This document shows positions 57,170 through 64,000 of a stretch of 64,000 nucleotides of DNA, piece after piece; the stretch's first letter is position 1; the number at the start of each line of letters is the position of its first letter. The stretch lies in the NCBI RefSeq assembly GCF_038871235.1, contig NZ_JAVZIN010000001.1:71926-135925 (forward strand). Reading direction: 5' to 3'. The position numbers were made by a program, and so were the translations under genes. The stretch comes from Candidatus Hadarchaeum sp. GTDB taxonomy: Archaea; Hadarchaeota; Hadarchaeia; Hadarchaeales; Hadarchaeaceae. A model generated the notes under the pieces. That model did not search any database, was not told the DNA's origin, and worked only from the letters and a program-made list of their open reading frames with translations.

Positions 57170-57811
57170 ATGTGTGAAGAGTTGATTAAGAAGCTATACA
57201 ATTCTGTTTTGGAGGGGGATGAAGAAAAAAGCCGGAAAGCCGCAGAGGAAGCCGTTGAAAAGGGGATCGATCCTGTTTTCGCCATCGAGCATGGTCTGGC
57301 AGCAGGTTTGAATGAGATGGGCTCGAAATTTGAACGTGGTGAGGTGTTTCTGCCGGATCTCCTTCTCTCTGCTGACGCGATGAAAGCCGGCATGGACATC
57401 CTCCTAGCAAAAGTGCCCAAAGAAATGTCCCAAAAGGCAGGTGTCATAGTAATCGGCACTGTCGAAGGGGACATTCATGACATGGGAAAGAGCTTGGTTG
57501 CGGCGCTGTTATCGGCTGCGGGCTTTCAGGTCCATGATCTGGGAAGGGACGTCAAAGCGATGAACTTTGTAAAAAAGGCCGAAGAAGTTAACGCAAACAT
57601 CATCGCTGCATCAGCCCTTATGTCAACCACCGCCCCTTTTATCAGAGACATTATCTCACTCCTGAAGGATAAGCAGGTTCGAGATAAATTTAAGGTGATC
57701 ATTGGCGGTGGGGCGGTAACTAAGGAATTCGCAGAATTGGTCGGGGCTGATGGCTATGGCCAAAACGCCACCGAGGCCGTTCGACTGGCCAAGGAGGCGA
57801 TGGGAACTTGA
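57170..57811 (+). CDS. corrinoid (cobalamin-binding) methyltransferase partner protein (MtmC/MtbC/MttC-like)
   Basis: 213 aa with an N-terminal helical cap and a B12-binding Rossmann carrying 'GTVEGDIHDMGK' (DxHxxG). Confidence 0.8.
   Translation: MCEELIKKLYNSVLEGDEEKSRKAAEEAVEKGIDPVFAIEHGLAAGLNEMGSKFERGEVFLPDLLLSADAMKAGMDILLAKVPKEMSQKAGVIVIGTVEGDIHDMGKSLVAALLSAAGFQVHDLGRDVKAMNFVKKAEEVNANIIAASALMSTTAPFIRDIISLLKDKQVRDKFKVIIGGGAVTKEFAELVGADGYGQNATEAVRLAKEAMGT
57791..57798 (+). promoter_or_regulatory. Shine-Dalgarno-like element for MtmB-family gene
   Basis: AAGGAGGC sits about 10 nt upstream of the TTG start at 57808. That start overlaps the corrinoid gene's TGA stop. Confidence 0.4.
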
Positions 57812-59178
57812 AGCTCACGCCGGCTGAGATCTATAACCGGGCTGAAACCGGCCCGATTATGGACGAAGGACAATTTGATAAAAAAATCCTGCCGAGGAAG
57901 CTCAGAGAGCTAGCAAGGGATTATGATATCAAGTATAATCCCGCTGAACCCGTACCTACCGACGATAGTCTAGCCGATGCCGTCTTCGAGGCAGGAAAAA
58001 GGTTGCTTCTCGATCTAGGCATCCTCTGCACTGACACGGGGAGGTTAATAAAATTCTCTGATGAGGAAATTAAAGAAGGGTTAAAGTCAGCACCGAACAA
58101 AATTGAGGTGGGGCAAGGAGAAAGAACAAGAATATTAACACCCAGAAAGGCCGGAGACAAAAGCGTGCCTTGGCTGGTTCCTGGACCTAGCGGGATGCCA
58201 ATATCCGAGGAACTAGCTCCAATCGTGGCCACATCCATTGCTAAGGAACCGCTCGCTGAGGGTTATTGGGGACCGACGATACCAAGATTTCAAGGTATCC
58301 AAGTAAAACTGCACTCACCGCTCGAGATCTTTGCCTCAAAGTATGAAATCACGTCTTCTAAGGAAGGTGTGAGGAGAGCTGGTAAGGAAGGCCTAGCTGT
58401 GGTCGGTGGGATGACGGGACTTGGCCTCCCTGCCTTCATGGCCGCTATGTCCGCCGGAGGGCTCACCAAGGGTGACTGCATTCTGACCAGCTGCGTCAAC
58501 GAGCTGAAGATCAATTACGACATTTTGTCCAAGGTGCTGTACACTTCGAGGTGCACCGATGTGAACCTGATGTACGACCCAACACCTGTCCTCGGCGGTA
58601 TTGCCGGCGGGCCTGAGACAACCGCAATCGTCTCGGCCGCGCAGGAAATAGAGTGTCTGTTACTGGGCGCAACTCTGAGCGGCGGAAACGCGATCGACAT
58701 CTGGTCTGGAACGAGTTCCAATCGTGAAGCCATCTGGGCCTCGGATCTGTTTCTAATCGGAATGAACAGAAACGTTGAGGCGCTGGAATATTGTTACCAT
58801 TTCGCAGCCGCAGGGCCGTGCACCGAGATGCTTCTCTACGAGGGGGCGGCGAAGACAATAGCCGCCGTCGCCTCTGGCTACGACTTCCACTGCGGCCCGC
58901 TAGCATTGAAAGCCGGAAAAGAAAACTACATCTCCCCGCTTGAATTCAGGCTGTGTATGGAAGTGGCCCATGCTGTCACCGGGATCAAACGAGGGGACGC
59001 CAACGATTTAATTAAACTGTTATTCGTCAAGTTCGAGGATAAGATTAAGAATCCGCCGCAGGGAAAAAGCTTCACCGAGTGCATGGATCTGAAATCGCTG
59101 GAACCATCCAAAGAATGGCAAGTAATTTATGAAAAAGTGAAAAAAGAGCTGGAAGATATCGGAATTCAATTTAGATAA
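57808..59178 (+). CDS. MtmB-family (monomethylamine methyltransferase-like) protein lacking pyrrolysine codon
   Basis: 456 aa collinear with Methanosarcina MtmB. 'LCTDT', 'NELKINYD', 'AAGPCTEMLLYE' and the C-terminal 'KKELEDIGIQF' all match. The ORF is uninterrupted with no in-frame TAG. The Pyl-aligned position is Leu in 'GGMTGLGLPA'. Confidence 0.8.
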   Translation: MKLTPAEIYNRAETGPIMDEGQFDKKILPRKLRELARDYDIKYNPAEPVPTDDSLADAVFEAGKRLLLDLGILCTDTGRLIKFSDEEIKEGLKSAPNKIEVGQGERTRILTPRKAGDKSVPWLVPGPSGMPISEELAPIVATSIAKEPLAEGYWGPTIPRFQGIQVKLHSPLEIFASKYEITSSKEGVRRAGKEGLAVVGGMTGLGLPAFMAAMSAGGLTKGDCILTSCVNELKINYDILSKVLYTSRCTDVNLMYDPTPVLGGIAGGPETTAIVSAAQEIECLLLGATLSGGNAIDIWSGTSSNREAIWASDLFLIGMNRNVEALEYCYHFAAAGPCTEMLLYEGAAKTIAAVASGYDFHCGPLALKAGKENYISPLEFRLCMEVAHAVTGIKRGDANDLIKLLFVKFEDKIKNPPQGKSFTECMDLKSLEPSKEWQVIYEKVKKELEDIGIQFR

Positions 59179-59235
59179 ACTTCTCTCGGCTGTCAGCTAC
59201 GCTCAAGGCTGGACCAGTGTCTTCAATAACGGTGA

Positions 59236-60579
59236 TTAATCCTTGATCTCTCTAAAGGTCTCGTAAGTCGCTTGGATGGTTTTCTCAATATCCTCGGGCT
59301 CGTGCATTGCTGAAACCATCCACTCCTCAAACCACGCTGAACCCGCCGGTATTACCCCGCGGTTCAACATGTGGAGCCAGTATCTACCCCACTTAGCAGC
59401 GTCACAGCGGGAGGCCTCACGGTAGTTCTTTGGCGGCTCATCCAGACCGAAGAAGATGCTACCCATCATGGTGCATCGACCCACAACAGCCTTTATGCCG
59501 GTGTCGGCTATGGCGTCAACCACTCCTTTGTAAAGCTCGTCACCCAGCTTGTTTATCTTCGCATAAGTGGTGTCGGTCATCACCTTTTTCAGCGAGGCCA
59601 AACCTGCGGCAATGGAAAGTGGGTTGGCGTTGTAGGTTCCATAGTGGACGACCCCGCCCAAAGGCGTTATCATCTCCATATATTCCCTCTTACCACCAAA
59701 TGCCGCCAGCGGAGCACCGCCTCCAATGGCCTTGGCGAAGGTAACTAGATCAGGCTCGATTCCGTAAAGCTGACTGCCACCACCTGCGGAGAGGTTGCAG
59801 CCCGTCTTAACTTCGTCCAGAATCAACAGGACTCCGTACTCATCGCAGAGTCTCCTGACCTCCCTGAAGTAATCCTTTTCGGGCGTTATGATACCACTAT
59901 TGGTCAGCACCGGCTCGGTGATTATTGCCGCGACTTCATTCTCGTGCTTTTGGAGAACCCTCTCCAAGCTACCGACATCGTTGAAGTGCGCCACCAAGGT
60001 CTGCTTAACGACCTCCTCCGGTGTGCCCAATGAATCTGGCGTTGAAGCTGGATTGTGTACCGAACCCAATATCACGCGCCTTCTGGGCTTATCGCTTATC
60101 ATCAGGACATCGCTGGCACCGTGGTAGCATCCTTCCATCTTCACGATCAGTTTTCTTCCGGTCGCTGCCCTCGCTAACCTAACGGCGTAGAAAGTCGCCT
60201 CTAGCCCGGTGTTAGAAAAGCGCAGCATTTCCACATAGGGATATCGTCTCATCAGCTCCTGGGCCAATTCATACGCGCCCTCGGCTTGGAATCCCAACAG
60301 CGTTCCTTTCTTTACCTGCTCATTTATGGCCTCGATTATAACGGGATTGGCGTGCCCCGCCGTCATAGCACCGTAGCCAAGGCAGTGGTCCACGTATTCC
60401 CTGCCATCCAAATCCCAAAGCTTACCACCAAGTCCCCTAGCCATATACAGCGGGTAAGGTCGGAAGAACTGAATAGCGGTGTTCACTCCTCCCGGAATTA
60501 TTTTAGATATTTTCTCAAAATATTCTCTAGACTTGGGCGTGTTTTTTATATAAATTTCCTCCTCGGGTAAAGAAGGCAT
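59236..60579 (-). CDS. class-III PLP-dependent aminotransferase (GSA-aminomutase-like)
   Basis: 447 aa with 'LILDEVKTGCN...' around the PLP Lys, and 'TFAKAIGGG'. Confidence 0.7.
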   Translation of the reverse strand: MPSLPEEEIYIKNTPKSREYFEKISKIIPGGVNTAIQFFRPYPLYMARGLGGKLWDLDGREYVDHCLGYGAMTAGHANPVIIEAINEQVKKGTLLGFQAEGAYELAQELMRRYPYVEMLRFSNTGLEATFYAVRLARAATGRKLIVKMEGCYHGASDVLMISDKPRRRVILGSVHNPASTPDSLGTPEEVVKQTLVAHFNDVGSLERVLQKHENEVAAIITEPVLTNSGIITPEKDYFREVRRLCDEYGVLLILDEVKTGCNLSAGGGSQLYGIEPDLVTFAKAIGGGAPLAAFGGKREYMEMITPLGGVVHYGTYNANPLSIAAGLASLKKVMTDTTYAKINKLGDELYKGVVDAIADTGIKAVVGRCTMMGSIFFGLDEPPKNYREASRCDAAKWGRYWLHMLNRGVIPAGSAWFEEWMVSAMHEPEDIEKTIQATYETFREIKD

Positions 60580-60699
60580 TCCACCCCCGCTAACTACTCC
60601 TTTCTTTCGCTATTTAAACCTGAGTTCAGGGACTGACCCTATAATATCGAAAAACGCGGAAAAAGAAGTTAAATTTTTTAACTGATATGAAAATGTTTA

Positions 60700-61764
60700 A
60701 TGGGACATATGAAAATTGATGTGGAAGTTAAAAACGTGACCAAGAAATTCGGAGAAGTTATTGCGGTGGATAATATTTCATTTACCGTTGAAAAGGGCCA
60801 ATTTTTCTCCCTCTTGGGACCATCAGGTTGTGGAAAAACCACCACGCTCAGAATGATCTGTGGCTTTGAAACCCCAACCGAAGGTGAAATATTCATCGAT
60901 GGAAAGCCAATGACAAACGTTCCTCCCTACAAGAGGCCCACCAATCTTGTCTTCCAAAATCTGGCCCTGTTCCCACATATGAACGTGTATGACAACATCG
61001 CCTTCGGTTTAAGAATAAAGAAAGTTCCAGAGCCTGAAATCCAGAAGAGGGTCAAAGAAATGCTCGAGCTCGTGCGGCTGCCCGGATATGAAAAAAGAAA
61101 GATAAGCCAGCTCAGCGGGGGTGAAAAGCAGCGGATAGCGATAGTGAGGGCGTTAGTGAACCGGCCTGCGGTGCTGCTGCTTGATGAGCCGCTGGGCCCT
61201 CTTGACCTGAAGCTCAGGGAGGAAATGGTCGTGGAATTAAAGCGAATCAAGCGTGAGGTAGGAACTACCTTTATCTATGTCACGCACGACCAGGGCGAGG
61301 CACTAACCATGTCAGACAAAATAGCCGTTATGAATAAAGGCAAAATTGTGCAGATGGGAACTCCACTAGAAATCTATGAAAGACCAAACTCCAAATTCGT
61401 GGCTGACTTCATCGGGGGGACCAATTTCTTTGAAGGAAGATACCGCGATGGTGTGGTGGAAGTTGACAAGCTGGGAAAAATCATCGTTGCGCCCGGACAG
61501 AGGATTTCCAAGAAAACCGTCCTGATCTCCGTGAAGCCCGAAAAAATATCCATAGGTAAAAAGTTGAGGAAGCTAGACAACGTCTTCGATGGGAAAATCA
61601 CCGAATCATTCTACCAAGGAAAGTCTGTCACCTATAAGGTTCTGTTGGAAAATGACTCTTTACTCACGGTAGTGGCACCGACCACCGGCGTGGAGTTCAT
61701 TTTCAAAATAGGAGAGAGAGTGAAGATCGGCTGGAACAAAAGAGATGCCCGAGTGATTGAATAA
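60700..61764 (+). CDS. ABC transporter ATP-binding protein, PotA-like with C-terminal TOBE domain
   Basis: 'GPSGCGKTT', 'LSGGEKQRIAIVRAL', 'LLDEPLGPLD'. Confidence 0.8.
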   Translation: MGHMKIDVEVKNVTKKFGEVIAVDNISFTVEKGQFFSLLGPSGCGKTTTLRMICGFETPTEGEIFIDGKPMTNVPPYKRPTNLVFQNLALFPHMNVYDNIAFGLRIKKVPEPEIQKRVKEMLELVRLPGYEKRKISQLSGGEKQRIAIVRALVNRPAVLLLDEPLGPLDLKLREEMVVELKRIKREVGTTFIYVTHDQGEALTMSDKIAVMNKGKIVQMGTPLEIYERPNSKFVADFIGGTNFFEGRYRDGVVEVDKLGKIIVAPGQRISKKTVLISVKPEKISIGKKLRKLDNVFDGKITESFYQGKSVTYKVLLENDSLLTVVAPTTGVEFIFKIGERVKIGWNKRDARVIE

Positions 61765-62692
61765 GCAGGAAAAACATGAGTTAGGGGGCCTGATGAAATC
61801 GGGTGAAGCCCAAAAGAACTCCCGGGGACCAAAAGCGGCACGATTAAAGGGATTGCTGTTGGTTGTCCCCACCTACCTCTGGCTCATTGTTACCTTTTTA
61901 ATCCCTGTCCTTTCGGTGTTAATGCTTAGTTTTGCTGAACTTCATCCGGCAACAAAGGATATTTTGAGATTCCCCATATTGGACAACTACGCCACCTTGG
62001 TAATAAACTTGGACTACATCTTCGTGCTGCTGAGAACTCTGCTCTTGACCGTGGCGGTAACCGTCTCTTCAGTTGGGCTGGCCTATGTCTTGGCCTATTT
62101 CATAACTTTCAAAATCCTAAAAAACAGATACACTATCCTCATAGCATTTCAAGCACCTTACATCGCCTCCTACATGATGGTGCTGCTGGCTTGGCGCCTG
62201 CTTTTGGGAAGGACGGGAGTAATCAACTCGTTGTTGATGTCGATCGGTTTGACCAACGCCCCAGTTGAGCTCCTAGGATACAATGCCTTTTCAGTCTGGT
62301 TGGTATTGACAGCCACTTGGTTCCCTTGGCTGATCCTACCGATTTTCGTTTCTCTGGAGAAAATAGACAGGTCCCTTCTTGAGGCTTCACAGGATCTGGG
62401 CGCCTCACCGACGAAAACATTTCTCAAAATCACCTTCCCCCTGAGCTTGCCCGGGGTTTTCGTGGCCATTTTATTCGTGTTCATCCCGACCATCGGAGAA
62501 TTCGTGGCCCCCAGCGTCGTGGGTGGTACCACTGGACTTATGTTCGGGAACCTGATCTATGATTTCTTCCTCAAGGGCTACAGATGGGAAATAGGCTCCG
62601 CCTTTGCCGTTTGCCTGCTCGGCATAGTTATCGTGGCCGTCGTTGCCCTTTTCCGGAAAATAGGCTTTGAGAAATTGATGGAGAGTCTCTAG
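61757..62692 (+). CDS. ABC transporter permease (PotB-like)
   Basis: 311 aa, 6 TM. Confidence 0.75.
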   Translation: MNKQEKHELGGLMKSGEAQKNSRGPKAARLKGLLLVVPTYLWLIVTFLIPVLSVLMLSFAELHPATKDILRFPILDNYATLVINLDYIFVLLRTLLLTVAVTVSSVGLAYVLAYFITFKILKNRYTILIAFQAPYIASYMMVLLAWRLLLGRTGVINSLLMSIGLTNAPVELLGYNAFSVWLVLTATWFPWLILPIFVSLEKIDRSLLEASQDLGASPTKTFLKITFPLSLPGVFVAILFVFIPTIGEFVAPSVVGGTTGLMFGNLIYDFFLKGYRWEIGSAFAVCLLGIVIVAVVALFRKIGFEKLMESL

Positions 62693-63472
62693 ATGAAAAC
62701 GGAAAAAATCTTTTGGACCATTGTTGTCGCCTTTGCTGTGGTTCTGGCATTCTCCCCAATAACCATCTTATTCCTGCTCTCCCTCAACGAATCACCGGCC
62801 CTGCCGCTGAAAAACTTCCCAACCACCAAATGGTATGAGGCGCTGTTCCAATTCCCGGGTGCGGTGGACTCGATTATCAACTCCTTCATGGTCGCAGGAG
62901 TTACTACGGTGGTAGCAGTAATCTTAGGAATCTGCGGTGGCTACGCGCTGGTCAGAACCAAATTCTATGGAAAAAACTTGTTTACCGGGCTGCTCCTGTT
63001 GCCGATGGTTGTCCCCTACATCATCATGGGTATAAGCCTGCTGTCCTTCCTGCTGAGAATGGGAATGCAGCCCTCGCTGGTTACTATCATCATCGGGCAT
63101 ATCTTATTGGCGATACCCTACTCCACGCTGGTGCTGACCTCTAGATTCATCGGGTTCAACATCAGCCTTGAAGAGGCAGCAATGGACCTAGGGGCTGACC
63201 GATTAACCACCTTCAGAAAGATCACCCTGCCCTTGATTATGCCCGGAATCGTGACCGCAGCTATCTTGTCCTTCATCATCTCGTGGGAGGATGTGGCCAT
63301 GGCGGTTTTGCTTGCCGGAAGTCAGCAGACAGCACCGGTCTTCATGTATACGTTGATTACCAAGTTGCCCAAATTCGTGCCAATATTGACTGCGATGTCC
63401 GCCATCATGTTCGCCATGGCCATCCTGCTTGCCGTGATAATGAGAAAGGCGGAAAGATTCTCGGTAAGTTAG
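62693..63472 (+). CDS. ABC transporter permease (PotC-like)
   Basis: 259 aa, 6 TM. Confidence 0.75.
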   Translation: MKTEKIFWTIVVAFAVVLAFSPITILFLLSLNESPALPLKNFPTTKWYEALFQFPGAVDSIINSFMVAGVTTVVAVILGICGGYALVRTKFYGKNLFTGLLLLPMVVPYIIMGISLLSFLLRMGMQPSLVTIIIGHILLAIPYSTLVLTSRFIGFNISLEEAAMDLGADRLTTFRKITLPLIMPGIVTAAILSFIISWEDVAMAVLLAGSQQTAPVFMYTLITKLPKFVPILTAMSAIMFAMAILLAVIMRKAERFSVS

Positions 63473-63559
63473 CTTAAAAAACGTGCCCATATAAAGTCAA
63501 AAAAATAAATTCTTCTTTAGCCCGTTGACGGGCAGCACCTTTGCCGTTGGCCTGTGATT

Positions 63560-64000
63560 CTATCCAACACCGGCAGCTGTTTTAGCCTCTGTCCACGCCT
63601 CAAAGTACCTGTCCCAGATTTCTGGATCTGGATGCTCCCAGTTATAGAAAATTCCCTTACTCAGCAACGCGTCCGGGTTGTCAAGCCCCAGCAGATGGAT
63701 AATCTCTGGATCTGCAATTTCCCATGCCTTTGTGTTCGTGGATGCATAGTAATAAACGTTGGTAAGGAATTGGCCCAATCTGGGATCCAGAAACGCGTTG
63801 ATGTAGTCATGCGCAAGTTCGTACGTTCCTCTTTCTTTTGCACCCTGACCCACATTCATACAGTAGGGCCAGATGAAGAGCGCTTCCCCCTGCCTATAAT
63901 CGTGTCCTGGTGTGAGACCCAAGTAGACCACATCCAGCCCGTCCTCAAGGCCCATCGCGTACACTTCCGTCCACATGGTTGCGATGGCCACCTCGCCTGA
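63560..64000 (-). CDS. extracellular solute-binding protein (PotD/PotF-like), C-terminal part; N-terminus beyond window
   Basis: Partial ORF open to the window edge. Confidence 0.55.
   Translation of the reverse strand, partial: SGEVAIATMWTEVYAMGLEDGLDVVYLGLTPGHDYRQGEALFIWPYCMNVGQGAKERGTYELAHDYINAFLDPRLGQFLTNVYYYASTNTKAWEIADPEIIHLLGLDNPDALLSKGIFYNWEHPDPEIWDRYFEAWTEAKTAAGVG

Noticed and set aside
57808-59178. Possibility that the MtmB-like gene hides an in-frame amber (pyrrolysine) codon.
   Set aside because: The provided ORF is continuous for 456 aa from a TTG start to the stop. There is therefore no internal TAG in frame. The Pyl-aligned residue appears to be Leu.
1-64000. CRISPR arrays, transposases, integrases and prophage-like segments.
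   Set aside because: Reading through the window I found no direct-repeat/spacer periodicity and no transposase- or integrase-like ORFs.

Overview
This 64 kb window reads as an archaeal chromosome segment of roughly 55% GC, dense with housekeeping genes. The coding regions I can support are listed below.
- **DNA and translation machinery:** Hel308 helicase, deoxyhypusine synthase, RNA polymerase subunits D and N, and ribosomal proteins S9, L13 and L18e.
- **Nucleotide and cofactor biosynthesis:** GMP synthase subunit B with a purine phosphoribosyltransferase, and NAD biosynthesis genes nadX-nadA-nadC plus nadE.
- **Aromatic amino-acid biosynthesis:** a cluster of the archaeal ADH-pathway type (aroA'-aroB'-aroD-aroE-tyrA-pheA).
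- **Carbon metabolism:** a type III RuBisCO.
- **Membrane transport:** a P-type H+-ATPase, a BtuFCD-like chelate/corrinoid importer, a MacB/FtsX-type ABC transporter and a PotABCD-like importer.
- **Radical SAM enzymes:** three, namely PflX-like, B12-binding class B and SPASM-type.

By eye I find eight tRNAs, all on the minus strand, and a 5S rRNA. At least five of the tRNAs (Tyr, Asn, Met, Leu-GAG, Asp) are interrupted by one to three introns, several at non-canonical positions. That is a hallmark of Thermoproteota/TACK-type archaea. I see no mobile elements or CRISPR arrays.

The most interesting candidates are:
1. A pyrrolysine-free MtmB-family methyltransferase translationally coupled to a corrinoid protein. 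It sits next to a class-III aminotransferase, an EamA exporter and a polyamine-type ABC importer.
2. A type III RuBisCO co-transcribed with an HprK/P-like P-loop kinase.
3. An EF1-alpha paralogue with an EF-Tu-like shortened G-domain segment, encoded away from any ribosomal context.
4. A corrinoid/chelate ABC importer operon that also carries a THEP1-like NTPase and a DUF364 protein.

Every family assignment rests on motif and sequence recognition by eye. No database search was possible.
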